Positions 1-11,205 are shown, counted from the stretch's first letter. The stretch: DNA of 17,313 bases from Ginkgo biloba (GCA_024626585.2 JANKJI020000002.1:120586565-120603877); one strand, 5' to 3'. The notes: generated from the letters alone by a model not told the origin. Program-made: numbers and translations.

Positions 1-1107
1 TTTCTGCATAGTGTCTCTATCACACAATTTGCTTTGATAATGCATTCAAAGGACATGATGAAGGTGGATGAAACTCAAAGAAACCTTGAAATTGAGGAGG
101 CTAATAGCGCCGGTGTAGAAAGTACACAAAGACCGTGGAGAAGTTGTCGTTTAGATTGTTGAAGTTTTCAGCTATAAAGAGAGACCACAAAAGTGGTTTT
201 CCAACGGAGAAGAAACGTAAAGGATGGAATAAGACAACCTATATAAGACACCATATGGTAGAAGATATACTTTTTCTTGAGAATAGGATATTATGATGAA
301 GCTAGTTCTGTATTATAGTCTGTAAGAGTTAGCTAAATTTTTTCTCTCTATATTAGAGAGTGGATATGTAGAATCCTTTGGACTTGAAACAAATGGCATG
401 CATCGTCGATGTTTTTTTAGATCATAGACTGCAAAGCAACATGCTCCGTGAGATGCCAAGAGGCTTCTTTTAATGATTGTTGCATTAGAGCTAGTGGTAC
501 GTGCTACGGCAGATGCAACTGTGTGCCTCTGGGTACAATTGGAAACAAGGAGGTGTGTTCATGCTGCTCTTGGTATTGGCAGAGGAAATAAGAAAAAAAA
601 GGAACAGAGGTTGCCTAGAGCCACGAAAGACAGAGACCAGAGACAGTCGTTGCAACAAGTAGTGAACATAGGGAGTCAGTTGTGAGAGACAGAACCGAAC
701 CTTGGTGTAAATGGCCAACAAAGAAGAACACGAATGCTGTGAGGAAGAACAACATCGGTTGAAGACAGAAACACTGCGTAGCAGAGGTCGATTGTCGCTT
801 CTGTCGAAGGAGTAGTAAAAGATTTCAGCAAACAGAGGGCTTCGTCTGCAATCTGATGGCCAAATGAGGAAGGCGAAGAGGAGGGTTTGACGACCGTAAG
901 ATGAATGTCCATACAACTATGGGTGCCCACCAAAAATCTAAAATAAATAAACCCTAGAGAGAAATTTAATTCTTTTATAAAAAGCTTTCACTTCTAGGCT
1001 GTCGCAGGGCTGTTATGTCGCATTTATGCATTGAATTTTTTTTTTATGTTAAAAAAATTGGCAAAATAAATGTTTATATGTGGCATTCAATATGTGAGTA
1101 ACAACAA

Positions 1108-1165
1108 TGGTGCAGCGCTAAGTTGGTCTACTCGTAAGCAAAAGGTCAAGAGTTCAAATCATTGA
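1108..1165 (+). other. Degenerate tRNA-like / Pol III promoter remnant (tRNA-derived SINE head or tRNA pseudogene)
   Basis: A-box-like TGGTGCAGCGCTAAG (1108-1122) and B-box-like GAGTTCAAATC (1150-1160) at tRNA-like spacing, with an AGGTC variable-loop-like motif before the B box. Stems pair poorly and there is no acceptor stem. Confidence 0.35.
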
Positions 1166-1415
1166 ATAATGTAATGTGTGAATGAGTGCATATACATGTC
1201 AAATAGGGAGTGTATCGATTACAAAATTAGATTCTATATCCGTTACATGCAACAATTACGTTCTTCAAGAATGCATGTTTGCACTCTATATTTACCTCAT
1301 TAATGAAAAGAAAAANNNNNNNNNNNNNNNNNNNNNNNNNNNNNNNNNNNNNNNNNNNNNNNNNNNNNNNNNNNNNNNNNNNNNNNNNNNNNNNNNNNNN
1401 NNNNNNNNNNNNNNN

Positions 1416-2578
1416 TACTATCCTCTGTAATCTTTGAGGAATCTTTTCACCGTCCTTCCCTTTCTTGTGACTTCTACTCTTCTTTCGACCATCCTGTTTC
1501 TTTGGTCGACCTCTTCCTCTCTTTGCGGGGACTTTATCCCTTACTTCCTAATCTTCACTGTTTCAGTCACCATATCATCTTGCTCGCTTTCCAACATGCT
1601 CTCCTATTGATTCATCTCAACTTGTCGATGTGGGCTTTGGCATTGTTCTTTTGATGCTCGACTTCTTACTACTCTTTATTGCTCTTCTTTCTTGGCCTTC
1701 TCTCATTGGCCTTTCCTTGATGGTTTTCTTCCTTCTCCTTCTCTTTCATTAGCATCCCTTTTTTCCATAGCCAATCAATCTTTCATTAATGGGATTCAGG
1801 GCTGCATTTCTACCTTCTCAGGCCATACCCGTTGCACAGAGAGGTATGCAGTTCTTCATCTTCTAGAGTGGGTTGACGCCCTTCATCATCCACATTCTTA
1901 TAAAGGCAAGTGCAACTATAAAGAAACTTTAATGTAGATGAGTGAAGAATTCTTGTCAACCTTGTTTATAGATCGACCTTGTTCAATGGCTACATCGAAG
2001 TAATATTCGCTGAATAAGAGTTCAAAGCAATCATTCAATTTAGTTCGTTATTCATTCTACATAGTCTTATACAATTTCAATTTATTCCCAAAAAATCCTA
2101 GGTAGTTATGATTTCGTGTAACCTGTAGTCAATTCTTGGGAATCATCTTTTTTGGTTCAACCATTGTACTATGTCCATGGGAACCTTCTCTAAAAATTGT
2201 TCATGAAACCTCGACCTTGTTTCTGAGATTGATAACTTGCTCCTTCAGGCATAGTTTTGAATATAGTTTTGGATCTTCCTTGTTCATTGGTCTTTAAATT
2301 TTTGCAGCGTTATTGTTTGGTATGTTTCCATATCCTTCGGTTCTCAAAATTCGATGCAAATCATCATTAATTGGCAAGAAAACCAAAATGTTGGCTAGAA
2401 ATGGAGGTCGTCGACATCTGTAGGTTTACTCTCGGTAAGCTACACCCAACTTATTAAATATTGCACATAATTCAAGAAAGGTTACGAGTGCATCAAAGGG
2501 GTTCATTTTCATTAAATGAGTGAATGCTTTTCAAAAATGTGTAAATTCGTTATCCACGGAGAACTACCCTATGAACAA
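1416..2578 (-). pseudogene. Decayed ORF of probable TE origin with a charged C-terminal region and an AT-hook
   Basis: One dominant minus frame with scattered stops (LFIG*FSVDNEFTHF...VWPEKVEMQP*IPLMKD*LAMEKRD...). After a frameshift it reads KVPAKRGRGRPKKQDGRKKSRSHKK; KRGRGRPKK lies at 1523-1497. Both ends are bounded by assembly gaps. Confidence 0.5.
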
Positions 2579-2678
2579 NNNNNNNNNNNNNNNNNNNNNN
2601 NNNNNNNNNNNNNNNNNNNNNNNNNNNNNNNNNNNNNNNNNNNNNNNNNNNNNNNNNNNNNNNNNNNNNNNNNNNNNN

Positions 2679-3102
2679 GATTTGGATCTATCTTCTGAGG
2701 AACAAATTTGAGGCATTTTCTAAAATCAAGGAATTTAATGCCGAAGCTAAAACCTTCTATGGCATGAAGATCAAAATCATGAGGAGTGACAGGGGAGGTG
2801 AATACTTATCAAAAGACTTCAACCCTTTCTAGAAAAATTATGGCATATAACGATAGTTCACTACATCTTATACTCCACAGTAGAATGGCGTATGCGAAAG
2901 GAAGAATCACACAATTGTGGAGATGGCCAGATGNNNNNNNNNNNNAGCTAGGAATGTCTCTAATGGTTTTTGGGGTCAAGCTATAAATACAACTGTATAC
3001 TTGCTAAATAGAAGTCCTACCAAGGTAGTTCAAAATGTAACTCTTGAAGAATCTTGGACTTGTATGAAACCCTTTGTTTGTAATCTTTGTGTTTTTTGAT
3101 GT
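2679..3102 (+). mobile_element. Ty1/copia integrase core fragment (pseudogenised)
   Basis: Translation IWIYLLRNKFEAFSKIKEF...KIKIMRSDRGGEYLSKDF...TTSYTPQ*NGVCERKNHTIVEMAR...FWGQAINTTVYLLNRSPTK...TLEESW...NLCVF*C. This matches the copia integrase motifs RSDRGGEY, TPQQNGVAERKNRT, FWAEAVNTAVYLLNRSP and LRVFGC. Confidence 0.95.
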
Positions 3103-3530
3103 TGTTTACCAATCCTATTGGTCAGAGTTGACTGAGTTTACTTGGCGTGGGTCACAGTGCAGTCTTAAAGAGGGAGTTGCCTCGGCTATTTATAGGCAGA
3201 TGCTATGCCTATTTCGTTCCGAGATTGATCCTCCGATCTCCCCTACGCTCTAACTGTTGTGTTAGAGCTCATCTCCCTGTAGTGCATCATAATACAAGCA
3301 TGCCAAAGAAAGTATCACAACACATGAATGACTCACATAGAGACCGATTCGGGATATTGAACAACAATTTCATTCAAATTCTCAATACATACAAATTTAC
3401 ACTCGTCTCGCCCCTTCGGGGTTCAAAATCATACATATTTATAGGTAAATACCTTTACAAAAATTAGATGAGATTGACATCTCACCATCAATCCTAATTA
3501 ATCATAATTAAATACATTCAATGGTAAACA
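3103..3530 (-). mobile_element. Long terminal repeat (~428 bp) truncating the copia fragment
   Basis: Termini TGTTTACCA (3103-3111) and TGGTAAACA (3522-3530) form a perfect TG...CA inverted repeat, extendable to 11 bp. A minus-strand TATA box CCTATAAATAG lies at 3196-3186. The element starts exactly where copia homology stops. No TSD is seen (GATGT vs ACTAC). Confidence 0.7.
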
Positions 3531-3559
3531 ACTACCTTATTTAAGGGTGCATCTCTAAC

Positions 3560-4355
3560 CTTCATCATATCTACGTGCAAGTTGTATCTATGATATGGTT
3601 TTTATTACAAAATGTCCCCTACAAGACCTAGTGGCCATCACTATGATCTTATGTGTTCTTAGCAATGTGCAGTCTCCCTCTTCCTATTTCCAGCCTCTTA
3701 AAATACTTATAATATGGTTGCAAATCCCCTCCAATCATTCATTCCCAATGAAAATTTTGATTTGTGCATGGCGCTTCACAATAATTATGTCTACCTTTAT
3801 CAACATCCCTTGGTTTTCAATTGGATTCAACATTTCTTCCTCATGTTGATTTGTTAAATATTTCTCTTGATATTTAATGTAGTAGTTCTTGAATTCTTAT
3901 TCATCTCTTATGAAATGAATAATTTGATCATCATCTTTAAAAAATTGCTAGTTCTTGATATTTTCTAGTATAGAGGGTCTGGCCAGGATTTCTACCTTAG
4001 ACCTTCCATAAGAAAGAGAAGGATGGATAGAAAAAAAAGATACCAAAACTAATAATTATTCAACTAGTTGGTTTTTTCCTCTAGGAATAAAAGAAACACT
4101 AAAGGCTCTAAAGCCTTCAATCAATGACCAAACTTGATTATGATATTATTTTAATCTTTTATTCCTAATGGAGCAGATGTTACAAACATAGTTTATAATT
4201 AGATATGAGTATCCATACACTCTTAGTTTCTACATCCCTAGCTATAACACTTATTATAGCTTGAGAATCATATCTTTATACTTAGTTATATTATTGGTAT
4301 GCTTAAACTAAAGATGCTACGATAATGGGTGGATTTTTGCACTAAGATCCTCCAA
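3560..4355 (-). mobile_element. Ty3/gypsy Tat-clade pol fragment: additional archaeal-type RNase H (aRH) and downstream linker
   Basis: Minus translation FKHTNNITKYKDMILKL**VL*LGM*KLRVYGYSYLIINYV...RNKRLK*YHNQVWSLIEGFRAFSVSFIPRGKNQLVE*L...VEILARPSILENIKN*QFFKDDDQIIHF. This corresponds to the aRH motifs TNNxAEYEAL, LxVxGDSxLI and IPRxxNxxADxLA of Tat/Ogre elements. Confidence 0.85.
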
Positions 4356-4805
4356 ANNNNNNNNNNNNNNNNNNNNNNNNNNNNNNNNNNNNNNNNNNNN
4401 NNNNNNNNNNNNNNNNNNNNNNNNNNNNNNNNNNNNNNNNNNNNNNNNNNNNNNNNNNNNNNNNNNNNNNNNNNNNNNNNNNNNNNNNNNNNNNNNNNNN
4501 NNNNNNNNNNNNNNNNNNNNNNNNNNNNNNNNNNNNNNNNNNNNNNNNNNNNNNNNNNNNNNNNNNNNNNNNNNNNNNNNNNNNNNNNNNNNNNNNNNNN
4601 NNNNNNNNNNNNNNNNNNNNNNNNNNNNNNNNNNNNNNNNNNNNNNNNNNNNNNNNNNNNNNNNNNNNNNNNNNNNNNNNNNNNNNNNNNNNNNNNNNNN
4701 NNNNNNNNNNNNNNNNNNNNNNNNNNNNNNNNNNNNNNNNNNNNNNNNNNNNNNNNNNNNNNNNNNNNNNNNNNNNNNNNNNNNNNNNNNNNNNNNNNNN
4801 NNNNN

Positions 4806-6362
4806 GGGAACCCCTCCATCAACTTCAGCAACAATTTCCACAATTCAAAAAGGTGATCCTTTGGGCAAGGAGTTTGGGGACATTGATTCGCGAAAGGTGT
4901 GCTCGATCGCAAAACCACTGGTTGAGTTTGTCTCAAGGTGGATTCTTGTTCCGCTTGTTGCTCCTACTCCCATTCTTTGAGATCAATCTAATCAAGATCG
5001 CTCAACATGCTACGATGCATAGATGGCTTCCTTATCTCTCATTAGANNNNNNNNNNNNNNNNNNNNNNNNNNNNNNNNNNNNNNTGAAGGGTTTTGTCGA
5101 AAGTCTGCCTTGACCTCTTGCGTTTGGATGTCGAGGTTGCCTTGAGTAGTACCAAGTCCAAGGTCCTTCGTCACAATATGACTTCAGTATCAACGACATC
5201 CAACACTTCAACTTCTGAGGGAGACTAAAGGTCTTCCTCATCATCCTTTTCTAAGTCAGAGAATTTGGATTCCCTAACTCGTGGGAAGATCAATGTTGTC
5301 TTGTACGTCTACATAGACAATGTTTGGCAAGCCCTGCCATATCAAGCCGCGAGCCTCCTTGGTCTGAGGCCAAGAAACAAAGGCATCTTCTCCTTCTTCT
5401 GGGTGACAAGGATGGTACAAATGTGTCCATCCCCAAGGCTTGGTAGAACGTTTTGAGGAACTAGAGTAGGTCATACATCTGTCTCAATGTGAGGGCTTCC
5501 TAATTCCCATTAGTGAAATTGTAAAAAAGCCTGGCAAAGTCCTCACATGAGTTGAGGGTGATTTTTATGCCTGTGATTATTAGTCCNNNNNNNNNNNNNN
5601 NNNNNNNNNNNNNNNNNNNNNNNNNNNNNNNCATATGTCACCAATTGTCGAAGGATCTCATCACACACCTCTGTGACTGAGACATGCTTAGGGAGTTTTC
5701 GAAATGGTTTGGGGCATCCATAAACCTTTAGAACTGTATAATCGGCTCGCTAAAAAATTTTGCCAAGATGTTGCCTTCAGATATCGTCAAGTATCGTCGA
5801 CGAAATTCGCGTGGAATCTTTCCCATGGACCCTCTAAAAGGCATCTAGAATATCGCCACAAACATTCTTAACATCCAAGTTGCTTAAGTTGCCTTTCTTT
5901 TTGTGGAGCAATTGAAACATAATTTGTAGAAGCGATAAGCCTTTGGTTGTCCCTCCTTGTTTTTGCCAACTAATCCCCTTGGTAGAGGATAAGTGAACAT
6001 AGTCATTGCCAACAAAATTGAGTCATGGCGGAATAATCTTAGGTGGCTTGCTTACAGTGACATAATCTCGGTCCCGACTTGCTAAGCAAAATAGGCTACA
6101 AAATTATACGTTTTGTCCTTCTAGACAATATCATAAATCATCCTTATCCATTTGATTGGGAAATCATTTATGTTGGAGGCTCTTGTAAGCCTAAGGATGC
6201 CTAAGGCAAGCACCTTATAAGCTCCATCGATGACCGTGGTCAGGTCAACCTTAACCAGAGCGTTTATATTGACTATAGTCAAAGCCTCACTCAGGATAGT
6301 GAGGGCCATTTTGTTCTTTTTATTTTCAAACCATCATTGTTCTTGGTCCAAATTGATTGGGT
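4806..6362 (-). mobile_element. Decayed retrotransposon-type accessory (extra) ORF, copy A
   Basis: Semi-open minus frame ...ILRLTRASNINDFPIKWIRMIYDIV*KDKTYNF...LFRHDSILL...ADYTVLKVYGCPKPFRKLPKHVSVTEVCDEILRQLVTY... followed by a low-complexity tail. It has no gag/pol motifs and is homologous to copy B at 9.1-10.6 kb. Assignment to an LTR-element extra ORF is inferred from context. Confidence 0.6.
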
Positions 6363-6952
6363 NNNNNNNNNNNNNNNNNNNNNNNNNNNNNNNNNNNNNN
6401 NNNNNNNNNNNNNNNNNNNNNNNNNNNNNNNNNNNNNNNNNNNNNNNNNNNNNNNNNNNNNNGATCACAATGATTGCGTATGTCATCTTTACAATTGATT
6501 ATAGAGACATGTGTATGTGAAGGATGTAATATAAATATATGCTTGTATCATTACAATGTACTTATTTGTGGAACTTGTAAAAGCTACTTAATGGCGTGAA
6601 TCATAAATAAATATAAATGAATATTGGACTATGGCACATTTGGAATGTTATATGTATATGGCTTTATCCAGGATTCATTGGGTATACACCATATAAATGT
6701 TACACAACTCCTTAGGAGAAGAAATTGCTAGGNNNNNNNNNNNNNNNNNNNNNNNNNNTGTTACACTTGTAGTTGTGAAGAAGTGAGTGATGCAGCATTT
6801 GTTTGAAACTTTATGGCATACATATCTCCTATCCCTCTGCAAAGATAAGTTGGAGCTCTAAGTCTATAATTGAGTACTCCAAGATAAGGGACAATGTCTA
6901 ATGAACCTAAAAAGACCACTGTGAATATCCATATGGGCAAGGGAATGTTTTT

Positions 6953-6995
6953 GGCCAATATACCCTAAAATAGGCCAATATACCTTGAAATAGGC
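6953..6995. repeat. 20-bp tandem duplication at the LINE 3' region
   Basis: GGCCAATATACCCTAAAATA / GGCCAATATACCTTGAAATA / GGC. Confidence 0.85.
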
Positions 6996-8733
6996 GAAGA
7001 AAGTGGTAATTAGCCAATCCAAACTCGGCTTGCCCCTCAACAAATGTCGCCTGTGAAGAATTAGCTTTGTGATGCAGTGGGCCAAACATCACTTGTCCTC
7101 ATACTTGAAAAATGTAATGTGGCCCTACAAACCTCTCAAAAGGTTAATAATGTTTGCCTGTAATATTGTATTAGATTGGGTATCGAAAATTAAAATGCTC
7201 CTCTGCCTCAACGTCCAAAGAATAGTGCCTACAAAGTTGTTGGTCCCTAGGAGTATGATGCTTGACCTCCACTTGAAGCTAGTGCTAGCACACTTGGAGT
7301 TGGCCTAGGGGCAATCAAAATCCACATGTCAATTGTCGACTAAGATAATCTAGGAAGATGATGGTACCATCGGAAATATGAAGAAATGTTCGAAATAAAA
7401 GGCCAACTTGGGGTTGAGTAGCCGAAGGGGTTGAAGGGGAGTAATCCAAGTGATGTGAATGCAACTCTTGATAAATGGCATCATGAGTGGACTCCTGAAT
7501 CTGCTTTCTAGGAGGAAGAAGGTTTAGAGGAGCATCTAAAGAAAATCTTTAATGGGTAAGAAGATTATTAGACATGCACATAGTCTTTAAGAGCAAAGAA
7601 ACCCTAGAGTACCAACACCGTCTATGAGTTGTTTGGTCCAGGGTGACTTCTTCTTGAGAGGAGCAAAGGGCCAATAATGGATATTTGTCTCACCCTACAA
7701 CTGTATCTGTTGTGCAACATGCTTTGTGAAGGTAGTTGGTAAGCCAAAAATAGGTATTAGGAAGAGGGTGTGCATCCAACTCTGCTTCAACAATGCTTTA
7801 TGGAGTTGTATGCTTCCAATGCATAATATGTTGGAGCATAGAAGTCTGAACCATCTCAATGTGAGCCCAATCTGCATACCCTAAACTCGGCCCGCATGCC
7901 TAAAATTCATAAAGTATTGTAGGTTTGACAATTGTTTAAAAAAGTTGCATCTTGGACAAAATATCTTGGAAGTGGAGCTTGAAGCACTGTCCCTTCGAAA
8001 CAATGAGGAAAGCATACGCCTTAAACAAGCAAGACGAAGAGATTGGCCTCATATTGAAGGACAAATTGGTGAGTTGCACGTCCACATAGGTATATGAAGT
8101 GGTGATCTTGATAATTTGACCTCTAAACGAGAAATGTAGTCTTGATAAGAAATCTTTAGTAGTATTGAAATCCATAATCTTAGTTTTACTAAGACTGACT
8201 TTCAGTCTCTTCTCATCACAAAAGTGAAAAAGAGAGTCCAACTACTTCTGTAATCCCTCAAGGATGGAGGATAAAAGAACAATGGCACTTGCAAAAAGAA
8301 GAATTGAAATCAGGACATAATACGACGTGCAACCATCGTCCATATTAGTAGTCTTTGAGGTGTTGCTTAAGCTCATCAATACAGAGACCAATTGGCAAAA
8401 GAGGACATCCCTATTTGACTCCAATGACGTTCTGGATGTCTCTAGAGAAATCGTATGGAGTATGGAAACGAACAATTAGAGTCTCATAGAGCCTCAAAAT
8501 GGTAGTGATAGTAATCTTGAGAATATCCTAAGAACATAGCTCTCATAGAGAAAATGTCTAGGAATAGTGTCACATGCCTTACAAAGCAACCATTGACTTT
8601 GGAGACCATTGTCTTGCCTCCTTAGCAATGGCCCTCAGAGTAAGAATGTGGTTAATTGTCTGGAAGTCATCGCGAAAGCTTGCTCGCGTTGTGGCTCTAG
8701 GACTAGTGTTCTCCAACCAATTTTAGAGATAAA
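6985..8733 (-). mobile_element. 5'-truncated non-LTR retrotransposon (LINE) ORF2: RT plus C-terminal Cys/His region, non-L1 type (RTE/RTEX/CR1-like group)
   Basis: Minus translation with frameshifts: RATTRASFRDDFQTINHILTLRAI (QAGFR...TIDHI), CDTIPR (AFDTVPR), IGVK*GCPLLP (GVKQGCPLSP, ~8425-8393), ILLFASAIVLL (decayed FADD, 8295-8284), GLQK*LDSL..FC....LKVSLSKTKIM, YTYVDV (YxYLGV), PTILYE..ACGPSL. C-terminal GQLQVC*H*LQVEV..PRDQQLCRH...VEAEEHF. Confidence 0.92.
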
Positions 8734-9089
8734 TGTTGATATAGTTTATAATGTATTAAATATTATAAATGAGGTCTAAATATTAATTTAGAAATTGAAA
8801 AGAAATAGTGTAATTGGAATTAGAAAGGAAATATAAATATTATTTTCATAGAAATCATGAATACGCATGAGATTCAAATTGTCAGAGTCTTATATATATA
8901 AAAAAATATTATTGGTTCTTTTCAACCAAGAGTCCAGTTGGTAGACACTACTCAAGATTGTATGCAGTGTAGTTTCCTTTGCTTCTTATGGAAAACCCCT
9001 AAAAAAAGGAGAGGCATGAACATAAAATGTTAGTGGCCTTATTTGTTGCTAGGTTTGAAGTGGTGGTATTTCATTGTGATCTAACACCA

Positions 9090-10609
9090 AAAATATCTTA
9101 GTTGATTGATCCTCTTTGATTAGGTTTCTTAGATTAAAGGTGGCATCATATCTTTCGACCTATTGAGTCTAGATTTTGTATGACACATTGAATAACAAAA
9201 TATTGTATAATATTGAATATTTTTTTGTGGATAAACTACAATAAGATAGTATGCAAGTGAAGTAAGAACGTGCATAATTTATGCATGTGTCTATTTCATT
9301 AACATTGCTACTAGTAAGATCTATAATTTCAAAGGAGATTTTCACTTGCTAGAAGACAAAAATACCTAACTTTTGGAGTTATATGATTTTTTTATTTAAA
9401 TGGAAACCCATAGATTAATTTAATAAATTGAATCTTCAAGTAAAATATATATGATAATTGGATCAATGATTTATTATCAACAAGAGGAATTAGAAAATTA
9501 TGAATTCCATAATAGTAAAAGAAGATCATGGAAAAGACTAGAGACTTCTTTGAGATTGAGAATTACATAATTCTAAAGGTCTATAATTACCTTGAGCATT
9601 AAAACAATTACCAAATTTTATATCAACCAAGAATATTTTTAATGAGGTTTCAATACAAATGAGCACATATGATGTCACATTTTAGGATAATAAGATGAAA
9701 TTCCCTCAAGGTATATGGAAGGGAATTGGAATTTGCAATATATAGTTGTATAAAAGGGTAGTGTATAAAAATGTAAATTTTATAGAGGCTAATACTAAAT
9801 TTTTTATATAAAGGGAATAATATTATNNNNNNNNNNCGAAATTCCTATAATTTTATAGGACATTGAATATAATGAAAAGGTATAATCCATGTATCCCAAG
9901 AAAAAGAAAATATGCAAATGTGCCTTATGAGAACACCCTTGAGGAAAAATAGAAAATTATAAAAAGAGAAATAAAGTGCACTATGAATTTTAGATTGGAT
10001 GTATATTCCAATTCATAAGAAGATGATGATGACAATATAGATGATTTTCTAGAGTTTTACAAGAAAAATGTCTCTATAAGTGATGCTAATGAGGATGAAT
10101 CTAAAGAGGAGTAAGACATTGCTACTTCTAATAAAGTAAAAATCCAAAGAAAGAATTCAATGGTTCATAGTGAGGAATATATTTAATATATAGATATCTA
10201 TAAAGTAATATGAACCTCCATGCATGGAGAAGATAGATAAGACTTAAACCTTGAAGAAAAATAAGGAACTATAGAGATGTAAAAATAAAAATAAACCAAA
10301 AGTTAAAGGATAAAGGAAACTAAGCTATATAACACAAATAAAGAAAAGGACTCTATAGAAGGATCAAATAAGAAATAAAAATATATGTTATATGATCAAG
10401 GGATACTTTGTAGCTTTGTTTAGAAGTAGAAAGGAGATGAATTATTTCCAAGAATGAAAATAACAACTTCAAGTAAAACCAATGTCTTCAAACAAAGAAG
10501 AGGTATGAAAAAGGATACATAGGTGAAAAACACTATAGGATTAGAAGGAAATGAAGGTGGTGATGAACCACTAGAAAAGAATAAAAAGTTGGACAATCCA
10601 CACCAAGTA
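9090..10609 (+). mobile_element. Heavily decayed, very AT-rich retrotransposon-type accessory ORF, copy B
   Basis: Plus translation LIRFLRLKVASYLSTY*V*ILYDTLNNKILYN...FMHVSISL (9278-9301)...NYIILKVYN (9561-9587)..KQLPNFISTKNIFNEVSIQMSTYD, colinear with copy A, then an acidic/basic low-complexity tail. The AT-rich block starts abruptly with TGTTG at 8734, interrupting the LINE. Confidence 0.6.
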
Positions 10610-10983
10610 TGTTGGAAATAAATTTAATATTAAATATATTAAAAGGAGAATATNNNNNNNNNNNNNNNNNNNNNNNNNNNNNNNNNNNNNNNNNNNNNNN
10701 NNNNNNNNNNNNNNNNNNNNNNNNNNNNNNNNNNNNNNNNNNNNNNNNNNNNNNNNNNNNNNTTATTCTTACCTTCTATTACGAATGAATGCATTTTATT
10801 TTAATTGCCTATGAAAATGGGTTCATCTTTGTTACCGTTGCAATTGTTAAGAGATGAGTCTTGATGAGTTGACTTATTAAACTGAATGCGTGAACAAGAT
10901 GATTATTTTTTATCGTAGTCATTATTGACTGATTGAAAGATAAAGACAATAATGTAGTCTGTGCCTTGCCTCTTTCACTGCAG

Positions 10984-11123
10984 AAATAGTAGGGGACAAG
11001 AAGTTTCAAGTTTGGCTTCTAGAGCACTTGTTGCTGCCTGGCCATCTGGCTCTTCAAATGATGTCTCAGACGCAAATGGTGAAGTATCAAGACAAATTCC
11101 ACCAATTCAATCATTGTTTCAAG
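10984..11123 (+). CDS. Penultimate coding exon of an unidentified host gene
   Basis: Acceptor TCTTTCACTGCAG| at 10983 and donor CAAG|GTTTGA at 11124. Stop-free frame NSRGQEVSSLASRALVAAWPSGSSNDVSDANGEVSRQIPPIQSLFQ. GC is higher than in the U-rich flanks. Confidence 0.75.
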
Positions 11124-11205
11124 GTTTGATCGTCTGTTCTACTATGTGATCATGATTTTATCATAATATTACCTGTTTTATGTTTGTCTTTTTTATTGGG
11201 TTCAG

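Noticed and set aside
473-957. ORFs at 473-933 and telo-box AAACCCTAG (949-957) as a gene start
   Set aside because: The translations have no recognisable motifs or consistent splice structure, and a lone telo-box is common by chance (another occurs inside the LINE).
4286-4936. Long ORFs in the ORF track spanning N runs
   Set aside because: These are artefacts of translating assembly gaps as X.
9141-9152. TGGCATCATATC as a tRNA-Met primer-binding site (LTR element or caulimovirus start)
   Set aside because: It has only 9/12 identity to TGGTATCAGAGC and lies inside the frame that aligns with accessory ORF copy A. No gag or movement protein follows.
8734-10633. TGTTG-starting AT-rich segments at 8734 and 10610 as paired LTRs
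   Set aside because: The similarity is short and explained by AT richness, there is no polypurine tract before 10610, and the second copy runs into a gap.
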